64,000 nt of DNA from an uncultured SAR86 cluster bacterium. Lineage in GTDB: Bacteria; Pseudomonadota; Gammaproteobacteria; Magnimaribacterales; AG-339-G14. Made by a program: the position numbers and the translations under genes. Positions 39,619 through 49,410 of the stretch are shown here, piece after piece. The number at the start of each line of letters is the position of its first letter. Position 1 is the first letter of the stretch. The stretch lies in the NCBI GenBank assembly GCA_902526045.1, contig CABZJI010000001.1, positions 529,416 to 593,415 on the forward strand. The letters are read 5' to 3'. The notes under the pieces are model-generated. The model did no database searches, was not told the origin of the DNA, and saw only the letters and a program-made list of their open reading frames with translations.

Positions 39619-41382
39619 ATGAAATATTCTAGCTGCGGTCATGTCAATATTGCCAACATTGAAGAGCCAACAAGACTTAGGGGTTGGATTGATAGCTTAA
39701 GAGATCATGGCGGTGTAATTTTTATAGATTTAAGAGATGAAACAGGCATAACTCAGGTAGTTGTAGAGCCTGAAAATAAAAAATTTTTCTCAATGGCTGA
39801 AAGATGCAGGTCAGAATTTGTGCTATCTGTGGATGGAAAAATTAGAAAAAGACCTGACGGGACTATCAATAAACAAATACCTACAGGAGAAGTTGAGTTA
39901 TTAGTCTCTTCATTTGAAATTTTATCAGAATCAGATCCTCTTCCATTTCAGCTTGATGACCATTCATCAGCAGGAGAGGAGGTAAGATTAAAATATAGAT
40001 TTTTAGATCTTAGACGATCTGAAATGCAAAATAATATTAGAGCAAGATCAAAAGTTACATCTTCGATAAGAGAGTTCATGGACAAAGAAGGATTTCTGGA
40101 TATAGAAACTCCAATGATGACAAAAGCAACTCCAGAAGGAGCTAGAGATTTTCTTGTTCCAAGCAGAATTTCACGCGGCAGTTTTTACGCTTTGCCACAG
40201 TCTCCTCAATTATTTAAGCAACTTTTAATGGCATCTGGATTTGAGAAGTATTATCAAATTGTACGATGCTTTAGAGACGAAGATACACGGGCAGATAGGC
40301 AACCTGAATTCACTCAGCTCGACATTGAAAAGGCATTTACTGATGAAGATGAGATTATCAATCTATCCGAAAAATTGATTAAGTTAGTATTTAAGAAGTT
40401 ACTCGACATAAAGCTGCCTAAATTTACAAAAATGACTTACTCAGAGGCAATAGAAAGGTTTGGGAGCGATAAACCTGACCTAAGAATCAATCTTGAACTT
40501 AAAGAAGTAAAGGAAATCTTCCTAGATTCTGATTTCAAGGTCTTTTCTGGTCCTGCTAATGATTTTAATAGTCGAGTTGTGGCTTTAAAAATTTCTTCAG
40601 AACTTACAAGAAGTAAAATTGATTCTTATACAGAATTTGTTAGAAAGTTTGGAGCAAAAGGTTTGGCTTATATCAAGGTAAATGATTTATCAAAAGGAAA
40701 CGATGGATTGCAGTCGCCAATCTTAAAATTTTTATCTCAAAAAGAAATTGATTCTTTATTTAAATTACTAGACGTAAAAGAGGGAGATACCGTTTTTTTT
40801 GGAGCTGGGCATAAAAAAATTGTTTCTGATTCGATCGGAGCATTAAGAAATAAAATAGCTGAAGATTTTGATTTAATTCAAAAGTCGTGGAAACCGGTTT
40901 GGATAACAAATTGGCCTCTATTTGAGGAATCTATTGGAGGAGATCTTTCTCCTGCTCATCACCCCTTTACCAGCTTCAAGGGTTCAATAGAAGATCTTGA
41001 GGCCGATCCTAGAGCAGTAGAAGCCAATGCATACGACCTTGTTATAAATGGGACTGAAGTTGGAGGTGGATCGATAAGAATTCACAAATCTTCTGAGCAG
41101 GCAAAAGTTCTGGAAGTATTGGGTATATCTGAAAACGAGGCACAAAATAAGTTCGGTTTTTTTCTTGATGCTTTGAATTATGGATTTCCTCCCCATGGCG
41201 GTATAGCTTTTGGTTTAGATCGCCTTCTTATGCTCATGATGGGAGCAGACTCTATTAGATCTGTGATTCCCTTTCCAAAAACTCAGTCAGCTTTATGTTT
41301 ACTGACGGATGCTCCTGCTAAGGTAGATTCTGAACAGCTTGAAGAGCTAGGTATTTCACTAACCGATCCTGACGGAGATTAA
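39619..41382 (+). CDS. aspS: aspartyl-tRNA synthetase
   Basis: GWI...RDHGGVIFIDLRD OB-fold start, FRDEDTRADRQPEFTQLD, GGGSIRIH, GIAFGLDRL. Confidence 0.97.
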   Translation: MKYSSCGHVNIANIEEPTRLRGWIDSLRDHGGVIFIDLRDETGITQVVVEPENKKFFSMAERCRSEFVLSVDGKIRKRPDGTINKQIPTGEVELLVSSFEILSESDPLPFQLDDHSSAGEEVRLKYRFLDLRRSEMQNNIRARSKVTSSIREFMDKEGFLDIETPMMTKATPEGARDFLVPSRISRGSFYALPQSPQLFKQLLMASGFEKYYQIVRCFRDEDTRADRQPEFTQLDIEKAFTDEDEIINLSEKLIKLVFKKLLDIKLPKFTKMTYSEAIERFGSDKPDLRINLELKEVKEIFLDSDFKVFSGPANDFNSRVVALKISSELTRSKIDSYTEFVRKFGAKGLAYIKVNDLSKGNDGLQSPILKFLSQKEIDSLFKLLDVKEGDTVFFGAGHKKIVSDSIGALRNKIAEDFDLIQKSWKPVWITNWPLFEESIGGDLSPAHHPFTSFKGSIEDLEADPRAVEANAYDLVINGTEVGGGSIRIHKSSEQAKVLEVLGISENEAQNKFGFFLDALNYGFPPHGGIAFGLDRLLMLMMGADSIRSVIPFPKTQSALCLLTDAPAKVDSEQLEELGISLTDPDGD

Positions 41383-41383
41383 G

Positions 41384-42115
41384 ATGGCAGGTCATTCCAA
41401 GTGGGCAAATATTAAGCATAGAAAAGGTCGCCAAGATGAAAAAAAACAAAAAATCTTTTCCAAGTTTATTAGAGAACTGACAGTCGCATCAAGACTAGGA
41501 GGCCCAATTGCAGCAGATAATCCCAGACTTCGGTTAGCTTTAGATAAAGCTTTGGGCGCCAACATGCCTAAAGATACTATTGATAGAGCTATTGCAAGGG
41601 GGGCTGGAAATTCAGAAGCTGATAATCTGGAAGAAATAAAATATGAAGGCTATGGTCCAAATGGTGTGGCGATATTAATCGATGCAATGACAGATAACAG
41701 GAATAGAACCGTTGCAGAGGTTAGACATGCTTTTACTAAAGCTGGCGGAAGCCTTGGAACAGACGGTTCGGTTGCTTATCAATTTGAATCTAAGGGAATA
41801 ATCTCCATTTCAGGTTTATCAGAAGATGAGACACTCGAACTCGTCATTGACTATGATATTGAGGAAATTGAATCGCAAGGCGTGATTGTTACAGTGATTT
41901 GTAAACCTGATAATTTTTTAAATATAAAAGAAATTTTGGAGCAGTCCTATGCAGGGATTGAAAATGCAGAGATTACTATGCTTCCATCAAATTCAGTAGA
42001 GTTAGGAGATGAAGATTCAGAAAAAGTTATTAGGCTAATTGATACTCTTGAAGACTTAGATGATGTTCAAAATGTTTATACAAATGCTGAACTAAGTGAG
42101 GCATCAGTAACATAG
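41384..42115 (+). CDS. yebC: YebC/PmpR-family transcriptional regulator
   Basis: MAGHSKWANIKHRKG start is diagnostic. Confidence 0.96.
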   Translation: MAGHSKWANIKHRKGRQDEKKQKIFSKFIRELTVASRLGGPIAADNPRLRLALDKALGANMPKDTIDRAIARGAGNSEADNLEEIKYEGYGPNGVAILIDAMTDNRNRTVAEVRHAFTKAGGSLGTDGSVAYQFESKGIISISGLSEDETLELVIDYDIEEIESQGVIVTVICKPDNFLNIKEILEQSYAGIENAEITMLPSNSVELGDEDSEKVIRLIDTLEDLDDVQNVYTNAELSEASVT

Positions 42116-42547
42116 ATGACTAATTCGAGAAACAAAGGAGCTTCTTTTGAAAGAGAAATTGCTAATGAATTAACTACAAGACTTGAACTAAAGCATCAAC
42201 TTAAGAGAATACTTGAGCAAACTAGGGAAAAACATCTACCAGATTTAATTCTTGGAAGATGGTATCTGGAATGCAAAAGATATGGTTCTGGCAATGAGCC
42301 AATGGATTCGTGGTGGGAACAAGTAGTATTAGCATCAGGGAGGGATAAAATTCCTGCTCTAATCTATAAATTTGATAGAAGACCAATAAAGGTGAGAGTA
42401 CCGTTGTCAATCTTAAATGAAAATTTTAGCTTCAAAGAAAATGTCACTTGTGATCTATCTTTTGAGGACTTTATTACATTGATAAAAACTGAATTTTCTG
42501 AAGATTTAGAAAATCACAACAACAAACTGAAAGACTTTCAGTATTAG
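42116..42547 (+). CDS. PD-(D/E)xK nuclease resembling archaeal Hjc / VRR-NUC structure-specific endonucleases (putative Holliday junction resolvase)
   Basis: 143 aa. RNKGASFEREIANEL (compare Hjc KGxxxEREL), PDLILGRWYLECKRY (D43...E52-x-K54 catalytic pattern), IPALIYKF (compare Hjc IPVLAVKF). ATG abuts the yebC stop. Occupies the ruvC position. Confidence 0.6.
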   Translation: MTNSRNKGASFEREIANELTTRLELKHQLKRILEQTREKHLPDLILGRWYLECKRYGSGNEPMDSWWEQVVLASGRDKIPALIYKFDRRPIKVRVPLSILNENFSFKENVTCDLSFEDFITLIKTEFSEDLENHNNKLKDFQY

Positions 42548-42551
42548 TCAA

Positions 42552-42968
42552 ATGCACAGGTTACCTCTTCGAATATATTATGAAGATACAGATGCACAAG
42601 GAATCGTTTATCATTCAAAATATCTAAATTTTTTTGAAAGAGCGCGCGCTGAATGTTTAAGAGAAATTGGCTATCGACAAGAAGAATTATTAGAAGAAGA
42701 CATTGCGTTTATCGTAAAGAAACAAGAAATTGAATATTTTTCTCCGGCAAAACTTGATGACGAGATTGTAATAAAAACGATTTTATCCTCTACAAAAAAT
42801 GTGTCTTTTACTTTCATACAATCGGCCATCCTTAAAAATGATGAGAATCAAGTTCTTTGTAAAGGACAGGTTTACTGTGGCTGTATTTCTCTAAAAAGGA
42901 ATGCTCCTGCTAAAATTCCAGAGGAATTAAGAGTTAAAATGAAATCTTTAGTGCAAAACAATGTCTGA
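42552..42968 (+). CDS. ybgC: tol-pal-associated acyl-CoA thioesterase (4HBT fold)
   Basis: RIYYEDTDAQGIVYHSKYLNFFERAR motif. Precedes tolQ. Confidence 0.9.
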   Translation: MHRLPLRIYYEDTDAQGIVYHSKYLNFFERARAECLREIGYRQEELLEEDIAFIVKKQEIEYFSPAKLDDEIVIKTILSSTKNVSFTFIQSAILKNDENQVLCKGQVYCGCISLKRNAPAKIPEELRVKMKSLVQNNV

Positions 42969-43617
42969 TTATTTTTCAATTTATTCCTTAATTATTAATG
43001 CAAGCATAGTTGTTCAACTAGTAATAGGAATTCTTCTGCTGGCCTCAATTGGCTCTTGGGTGATAATAGTAGAAAAATGGATAGTCACAAACAATGCCTT
43101 AAAAGAATTTTTTCTTTTTGAACAATTTTTTTGGTCAGGCGAATCATTGAAAGATATTTATGATGACCTAAAAGCAAAAAAAGATCTTGTTGGAATAGAA
43201 TCAATTTTTTATGAGATTTATGAAGACTCAATAGCTCAAGATAGTCAGGAGCTACATAAGGATGACTTAACTGCCAGATTTAAACGTGTGTCAAAAGTTT
43301 CTTTGATGCGACAAGAGGATCTTTTAGAATCAAGAATTTCATTCCTATCAACAGTTGCTTCGGCAAGTCCTTATATTGGCTTATTTGGTACTGTCTGGGG
43401 AATAATGAATTCATTTAGAGGATTGGCTCAGACTTCGCAGGCAACTCTTTCCGTTGTTGCGCCAGGAATATCAGAAGCCTTAATTGCAACAGCACTGGGT
43501 TTATTTGCTGCAATTCCAGCTTTAATCGCGTACAACTTTTTTGTGAAAAGAATCAATACTATCTTGAATCGATACGAGAGTTTCATTGAAGAATTTCAAA
43601 ATCTTTTGGCAAGGTAA
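42961..43617 (+). CDS. tolQ: Tol-Pal system protein TolQ
   Basis: MotA/TolQ/ExbB-family polytopic protein. GLFGTVWGIM and APGISEALIATA motifs. Confidence 0.93.
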   Translation: MSDYFSIYSLIINASIVVQLVIGILLLASIGSWVIIVEKWIVTNNALKEFFLFEQFFWSGESLKDIYDDLKAKKDLVGIESIFYEIYEDSIAQDSQELHKDDLTARFKRVSKVSLMRQEDLLESRISFLSTVASASPYIGLFGTVWGIMNSFRGLAQTSQATLSVVAPGISEALIATALGLFAAIPALIAYNFFVKRINTILNRYESFIEEFQNLLAR

Positions 43618-44040
43618 ATGAGAAAATCAGACAGAAGTCAAATCAACGAAATAAATGTGGTTCCTTATGTTGATGTGATGCTCGTTTTGCTGGTAGTTTT
43701 TATGGTAACTGCGCCTTTGTTAGTCCAAGGAATAAAAATTGATTTGCCTGAAACAACTGCATCTGTGCTAGAGGAGAGTGAATTAGAGGAACTTACTATA
43801 ACAATCGATAAGAAAGGGCAGTTTTTTATAGAATTTGAATCCTATAAAAATAAATCATTTTCCATTGACACTTTGAAACCTATCTTGGAGAACATATTCA
43901 AGATTAATGACAATTTGAATATTTATATTAGGGGAGATAAAGATGTTGAATATGACAATGTCTTAAAACTTCTCGCCGTTATTCAAAATCTTGATCCAAT
44001 ATCAATTAACTTAATTTCCGATCCCATTAACAATGATTAA
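43618..44040 (+). CDS. tolR: Tol-Pal system protein TolR
   Basis: ExbD/TolR family. INVVPYVDVMLVLLVVFM TM containing the conserved Asp. Confidence 0.92.
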   Translation: MRKSDRSQINEINVVPYVDVMLVLLVVFMVTAPLLVQGIKIDLPETTASVLEESELEELTITIDKKGQFFIEFESYKNKSFSIDTLKPILENIFKINDNLNIYIRGDKDVEYDNVLKLLAVIQNLDPISINLISDPINND

Positions 44041-44623
44041 TTTAATAGCGGGGTTTTTTTGCTCTTTCTTTTTACATGCATTTTTGTTCAGCTTCTTTTT
44101 CAACATTGATTTTAATGATTATTCAGAAGAAAAGATGATTCAGCTGCCCGTTAATCTAATCTTTGAAGAAAAAATAGAAACTAAATCAAAAAAATCGTCA
44201 TCTAAAAATGTCAAAACCACTTCGTCCTCTTTTTCAGAAGATGTCAAATCTAAAAATGATTTTGAGTCTGATGTGAATTCTTTTTTTTCTAATCTTGAAA
44301 AAGATAGAGATAGAGTTGAACAAATATCTACTCAATCAGAAGTCTTAAAAATAGCAGCTAAAATCAGAGCAGAATATGAGTTTTTATGGCAAAAACCTAA
44401 AAATCTACCTGAAGATTTATTTGTTAAAGCCCTTATCTCTATTGCTCCTTCTGGTGAGGTTGTTAATTATGAAATTCTGAATAAAAGCAGCAATGAGGTT
44501 TTCGATAGATCTATTAGAATAGCTCTTGACAGGATAAGCTCTTTTGATTTCATAAAAAACATTTCAAGAGATGATTTCGAGAAAAATTTTAGACAATTTA
44601 ACTTACAATTTTCTTCCAATTGA
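44033..44623 (+). CDS. tolA: short TolA-like protein (196 aa)
   Basis: N-terminal TM, Ser/Lys-rich linker, C-terminal TolA/TonB-like domain. Position between tolR and tolB. Confidence 0.7.
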   Translation: MINLIAGFFCSFFLHAFLFSFFFNIDFNDYSEEKMIQLPVNLIFEEKIETKSKKSSSKNVKTTSSSFSEDVKSKNDFESDVNSFFSNLEKDRDRVEQISTQSEVLKIAAKIRAEYEFLWQKPKNLPEDLFVKALISIAPSGEVVNYEILNKSSNEVFDRSIRIALDRISSFDFIKNISRDDFEKNFRQFNLQFSSN

Positions 44624-44624
44624 T

Positions 44625-45902
44625 ATGAGTCTTAAAGTATTTTTTATTTCTATCTTTCTCTTTTCGTTATCTATTTTTTCAAATATAACAATTGAAATCA
44701 GCAGGGGAACAGAAGAGCCTCCAAGAATTGCCATTGTTCCTTTTCTTTATGATGATCAATCAATATCTTATTTGTTAACTAATCAAATATCAGAAAATTT
44801 ATCTTTGTTTGGAGAGTTTGAAATAATTGCCAACAGCGATCTGATAGCCTTTCCATCATCTCCAGAAGATTTTTTTTACAATGATTGGAAGATATTAGAT
44901 ATTGATTACGTTGTAGCAGGATTCATAAGCCTTGAGGATGTTTCATCAAAATTCATTGTAAATTACTTTCTCTTTGATATAAGGCAAGGAAGAAATCTTC
45001 TCAATGGGACTGCAAGGTCATCAGCAGATTCTCTTGTGCTCTCATCTCATAAAATGAGTAATAGAATTTACAAGCAGATAACTGGAGTAGATGGAATTTT
45101 TACAACGAAACTTATGTATATTCTTAATCCTGGGAAGGATAAGTATCAATTAAATATTTGTGATATCAACGGTGATAATGAGATTACTTTGTTCGATTCA
45201 CCTGAACCGATAATGTCGCCAGATTGGTCTCACGATGGGAAAAAAATAAGCTACGTATCTTTTGAGAACGGGAATTCCGAAATTTTTATTCAAGATATTT
45301 CCTCAGGGAAAAGAAATTCATTAAGAAGATACCCTGGAATAAATAGTGCTCCTGTTTGGTCTCCAAATGGAAATTATTTAGCTTTCGTTTCATCAAGAAG
45401 CGGGAATCCAGATGTTTATTTATATGATTTAAAGACCGAAAAGATTTCCAGAATTACTGCGCATTACGGAATAGATACAGAACCTTCTTTCTCTGCAAAC
45501 GGGAGGAAACTTCTCTTTACTTCCAATAGGTCAGGAACACCTCAGTTATATGAAGTTAGCCTAATTACAAGAAAAATTTCAAGGATAACTTTTGACGGTA
45601 ACTACAATGCTAGAGGAAGATATTTCCCAGATGGGAAGAATATTGTTTTTGTTCATAGATCTGAAGAAAAGTTTCATATTTCAATTAAACGTCTTGGAAA
45701 AAGTGGTTTAAAGATGCTTACTGAGACATCTTTAGATGAATCTCCGAGCGTTTCTCCTAATAATAACTTCATTATTTATGCCACGAAAGACAGCGAAAAG
45801 GGCTATTTAGCAGGAATTTCACTAGATGGGCTGGCAAAGTTTAAAATACCTAGTAAAATTGGCGCTATTCGGGAACCTGTTTGGTCTCCTTTCTTGAACT
45901 AA
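44625..45902 (+). CDS. tolB: Tol-Pal system beta-propeller protein TolB
   Basis: ATG 44625 gives signal peptide MSLKVFFISIFLFSLSIFS and follows the tolA stop. The track start at 44571 overlaps tolA. Repeated PxWSPDG-like blades (SPDWSHDGKK, APVWSPNGNY, EPSFSANGRK). Confidence 0.93.
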   Translation: MSLKVFFISIFLFSLSIFSNITIEISRGTEEPPRIAIVPFLYDDQSISYLLTNQISENLSLFGEFEIIANSDLIAFPSSPEDFFYNDWKILDIDYVVAGFISLEDVSSKFIVNYFLFDIRQGRNLLNGTARSSADSLVLSSHKMSNRIYKQITGVDGIFTTKLMYILNPGKDKYQLNICDINGDNEITLFDSPEPIMSPDWSHDGKKISYVSFENGNSEIFIQDISSGKRNSLRRYPGINSAPVWSPNGNYLAFVSSRSGNPDVYLYDLKTEKISRITAHYGIDTEPSFSANGRKLLFTSNRSGTPQLYEVSLITRKISRITFDGNYNARGRYFPDGKNIVFVHRSEEKFHISIKRLGKSGLKMLTETSLDESPSVSPNNNFIIYATKDSEKGYLAGISLDGLAKFKIPSKIGAIREPVWSPFLN

Positions 45903-45943
45903 TTGAAGAATTTTGGGTCAAATATAATAGAACGTTTAACTAG

Positions 45944-46423
45944 ATGAGGATAAAAATGGAACCAATAAGTATTTTTCTAATATCAATATTGGCATGTTTA
46001 GGAAGTGGCTGTGCTAATGATGTTGCTGACGATGTATCTGCATCTAGCTATGCTTCTGTTTCTGGTCAATCAGCTCAGATGGGACCAAAAATAGACGTAA
46101 ATTTGCCGGATAAGGTTTATTTTGAATTTGATAACTTTGACCTCGGCGATGATGCCATGGATACTTTGGAGCAATACATTCGTTTTGCTAAAAGAGCAAA
46201 GGCAATTAGACTAGAGGGTCATTGCGATGAGAGAGGAACAAGAGAATATAACCTTGCGTTGGGTGAAAAAAGAGCTCAATCCGTAAGTGAATTCTTAATA
46301 GTCAACGGCATCTCATCCTCAAAGATCGATGTTGTTTCTTATGGAGAAGAAAGACCAGACAGACTTGGCTCTTCGGAATCAGCATATAAAGCTAACAGGA
46401 GAGTTGAGATATCTCTTTACTAG
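45944..46423 (+). CDS. pal: peptidoglycan-associated lipoprotein Pal
   Basis: Lipobox LACLGSGC. OmpA-like domain (FEFDNFDL, EGHCDERGTREYNLALGEKRA, NRRVE). Alternative start at 45956. Confidence 0.93.
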   Translation: MRIKMEPISIFLISILACLGSGCANDVADDVSASSYASVSGQSAQMGPKIDVNLPDKVYFEFDNFDLGDDAMDTLEQYIRFAKRAKAIRLEGHCDERGTREYNLALGEKRAQSVSEFLIVNGISSSKIDVVSYGEERPDRLGSSESAYKANRRVEISLY

Positions 46424-46429
46424 CCTTAA

Positions 46430-47116
46430 GTGATTAAAAGATCTCTTGTACTTTTATTTTTTTTAATATCTTCTTCGACTTGGGCACAAGATTCTGAGTC
46501 GGAAAGGCTATTATTAAATAAAATTAATTCCCTTGAAAAAGAAATCCAAACACTCTTAAGTCAGCTTGAAGAAATTAAATATAAGTTAAATAGAATTGAA
46601 GATACACAACAGCTTCGATACGTAGATTTAGATAAAAGAATCCACGAGTTAGAAGGCATCTTGTTGGTTCAAGAAGAAATAGAAGGAACAAACATAGATG
46701 AATTAGACCCTTTAGCAGGAATAATTGAAGAGGATGATGCTAGTAATGAATTTGACCTTTGGTCAGAGTCACTTCAACTCATTGAAGATGGAAGATTTGC
46801 GGAGGCATCAGAAAAATTAAGATACTTGATTCTTTCTTTTCCTGAGGGAAATTTTATCGGAGATGCTTTATTTTGGTTGGGAGAAATATATTTTCTTCAA
46901 GAAAATTACATCGATTCATCTGATTCATTTAACGAATTAATTTCTTCTTATGAAGAGCATAGCAGGATACCAGACGCAAACTATAAATTAGGAATGATAA
47001 GTTTAAGGTCAGAAGATTTTAATAAGGCAAAAGAATATTTTAATTACTTAATTAACAATTATCCTGACTCTGGAGCTGGTATACTCGCTGCCGAAGAGCT
47101 TAAGAAGTTTCAATAA
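46430..47116 (+). CDS. cpoB: cell division coordinator CpoB (YbgF)
   Basis: GTG start. Signal peptide, N-terminal coiled-coil, C-terminal TPR repeats. Last gene of the tol-pal cluster. Confidence 0.85.
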   Translation: MIKRSLVLLFFLISSSTWAQDSESERLLLNKINSLEKEIQTLLSQLEEIKYKLNRIEDTQQLRYVDLDKRIHELEGILLVQEEIEGTNIDELDPLAGIIEEDDASNEFDLWSESLQLIEDGRFAEASEKLRYLILSFPEGNFIGDALFWLGEIYFLQENYIDSSDSFNELISSYEEHSRIPDANYKLGMISLRSEDFNKAKEYFNYLINNYPDSGAGILAAEELKKFQ

Positions 47117-47121
47117 TACGT

Positions 47122-47197
47122 GGGTCGTTAGCTCAGTTGGTAGAGCAGTTGGCTTTTAATCAATTGGTCATAGGTTCGAATCCTATACGACCCACCA
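47122..47197 (+). tRNA. tRNA-Lys (anticodon UUU)
   Basis: GGGTCGTTAGCTCAGTTGGTAGAGCAGTTGGCTTTTAATCAATTGGTCATAGGTTCGAATCCTATACGACCCACCA is near-identical to E. coli tRNA-Lys. Anticodon TTT at 47155-47157. CCA is encoded. Follows cpoB as lysT does in E. coli. Confidence 0.97.
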
Positions 47198-47206
47198 CTT
47201 TTTAAT

Positions 47207-47563
47207 ATGTCTATTTTAATGATTTCACTTGGTGGAGCTTTAGGCGCTTCATCAAGATTTTTGGTTTCCTCCTTTTTTAACAACTATTCTATTCTTAGCT
47301 TTACTCTTGGGACTTTGGTAGTAAACATCATTGGATGCTTTTTCATTGGTTTTTATATTTCAGAAGTTTCAGAAGTAATTACGGAAAATATAAAAAATTT
47401 CTTAATCATAGGATTTCTGGGATCATTTACAACATTTTCAGCTTTCACTAAAGAGTCTTTAGAGCTCTATCAAACATTTGGCATCATAAACTCTTTTTTG
47501 TTCATTTTATTAACCGTACTATTGTGCTTGAGTGCTACCTACTTGGGATATAAGATTTCGTAA
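47207..47563 (+). CDS. crcB: fluoride ion channel CrcB/FluC
   Basis: 118 aa, 4 TM. GGALGASSRF and GFLGSFTTFSAF motifs. Confidence 0.9.
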   Translation: MSILMISLGGALGASSRFLVSSFFNNYSILSFTLGTLVVNIIGCFFIGFYISEVSEVITENIKNFLIIGFLGSFTTFSAFTKESLELYQTFGIINSFLFILLTVLLCLSATYLGYKIS

Positions 47564-47914
47564 ATGTCAGAAGAAAAAACCATCTTTCAAAAGATAATAG
47601 ACAAAGAAATACCATCTACTGCTCACTATGAAGATGAATTATGTATTGTTATTGAGGATATAAATCCCAAAGCTCCAATACATTTACTTATTATTCCGAA
47701 AAAACCAATTCCAAAATTATCCGATGCCTCTGAAGAAGATGTATCAATTCTGGGACACTTGATGTTCATTGTAGGAGAGATGTCCAGAAAATTTGAAACG
47801 GAAGATTCATTTAATGTTGTGGTAAATAATGGAGCTTCTGCAGGGCAGACAGTCTTTCACCTTCACTTACATTTATTAGCTGGAAGAGATTTCTCTGATT
47901 TATTTCCTGCTTGA
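47564..47914 (+). CDS. hinT: HIT-family purine nucleoside phosphoramidase
   Basis: CIFQKII-like start (TIFQKIIDKEIPS). Histidine triad HLHLHLL. Confidence 0.92.
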   Translation: MSEEKTIFQKIIDKEIPSTAHYEDELCIVIEDINPKAPIHLLIIPKKPIPKLSDASEEDVSILGHLMFIVGEMSRKFETEDSFNVVVNNGASAGQTVFHLHLHLLAGRDFSDLFPA

Positions 47915-49357
47915 CTAACCCATTCTCTTCAAGGCTTCAGTCGTCTGGTAAATTTCTTCCATCCTAGTTCTGATACTTTCATTCACCTCAAAGAAGTTTA
48001 CAGCTAATTTTGATGCTTCTCTAAGCTGCATGATTGCTGCCTCAAATCGTCCTGTTAAAAAGAAGTATTCTGCTCTTGACCTGTGCAATCCAATTAGATT
48101 ATTTGAAAGGCCTTGCACTTCTGCTAACTCATACCAAACGAAAGGATCTGAAGGTCTTTCTTTTGAAATGTCGTTTAAAATTTCCTCGGCTTCATCATAT
48201 TTTTTATCTCTAAATAAAGCTTTAGACAATAACAGAGAGATTGAATAATTATTAGGGTGCAAGGAAATAAGATTTTTTCCCAAAGAAACACTTTCAAGAA
48301 TATTTCCCGCCTTCATATGTGCTTCCATAAGGGATATTTGAAGATTGATATTGATAGGATCCAATTCTATGCATTCCCTTATTAGAGAAAAGGCTTTTGG
48401 ATAATCTTTATTATTTAAATGCGCAAGATGAAGGGCATACTTTGAAATAGTCTCATCTTTTTTTGTTTTTGCTTTCCTTAATTCACTTGAATATTTTCTG
48501 ATTAAACCCCTAAGATTTTGTTCTATTCCGCTCTCAATTCTTTTTTTAATTAGATGAAAGTCTACTGAGTCTCTATAAGATACAAATGAATTTTTTTCTT
48601 CAAATTCAGTTTCCCTTATCCTTGCATCAGTAATTCGATCCTTTGGAAATGGATGAGTCCTTAGGTAACCAAATTGATCTTCTGAATTATTACGTGAAAG
48701 ATCTTGAAGTATTTTAAACATCCTACCTTGTCCTTTGGGATCAAAACCTGATTTAACAAGATTATTGAATCCTATTCGATCTGCTTCTTGCTCATTTGAA
48801 CGAGTGAAATTTGTATTTAATTGTTGCATTAAGGCAGGTCCAGTTATTATTGCCTGAGGATTATTGGATGCAGCCGCTAAAGCAATGCTTCCTAGAATCA
48901 TCAAAGCATTTGCCAAAGGCGATCCTCTATTTTGACTTCTCGCATAATGTCTCTGACTTAGATGTGCTAATTCATGCGTCATAACTGAAGAAAATTCAGA
49001 CTCATCATTAGTATAAAAAAATAAACCTGTATTTATCCCAATTATTCCACCAGCAGCTGCAAAGGCATTTATCGACTTATCGTCGATGATAATAAACTCA
49101 AATCTCCTGTCCTTAACTTGTGAATTCTCTGCCAGCCTATAAACCAAATCCTCTATATATGACCTAACAAGAGGATCGGAATGTTCTTTTGCTTGTGATC
49201 TAAAAAGAGATAGCCACAATCTACCCATTCCGTATTCACCTGACAACGAAACAGAGGCTGATGATCTATCGCCTAAAACTGGTAAATCATCCTCAATGTT
49301 TTGAGCATAAGAGAATGAAAGAGCTACTAGGGTTAAAAATAAAAAAAATCTCTTCAC
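47915..49357 (-). CDS. bepA: periplasmic M48 metalloprotease with TPR domain, BepA-like
   Basis: Signal peptide. HELAHLSQRH zinc motif with a downstream E, C-terminal TPR repeats. Confidence 0.85.
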   Translation of the reverse strand: MKRFFLFLTLVALSFSYAQNIEDDLPVLGDRSSASVSLSGEYGMGRLWLSLFRSQAKEHSDPLVRSYIEDLVYRLAENSQVKDRRFEFIIIDDKSINAFAAAGGIIGINTGLFFYTNDESEFSSVMTHELAHLSQRHYARSQNRGSPLANALMILGSIALAAASNNPQAIITGPALMQQLNTNFTRSNEQEADRIGFNNLVKSGFDPKGQGRMFKILQDLSRNNSEDQFGYLRTHPFPKDRITDARIRETEFEEKNSFVSYRDSVDFHLIKKRIESGIEQNLRGLIRKYSSELRKAKTKKDETISKYALHLAHLNNKDYPKAFSLIRECIELDPININLQISLMEAHMKAGNILESVSLGKNLISLHPNNYSISLLLSKALFRDKKYDEAEEILNDISKERPSDPFVWYELAEVQGLSNNLIGLHRSRAEYFFLTGRFEAAIMQLREASKLAVNFFEVNESIRTRMEEIYQTTEALKRMG

Positions 49358-49410
49358 AATAACAGTATAATTAAATTTGATTACTACAAAACAAAATAGT
49401 TCAAAAATTT

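Noticed and set aside
47198-47206. Looked for a fluoride riboswitch (crcB motif) upstream of crcB
   Set aside because: Only 9 nt separate the tRNA-Lys 3' end from the crcB ATG, so there is no room for the ~50-nt riboswitch. crcB is probably co-transcribed with the tRNA or the tol-pal operon.
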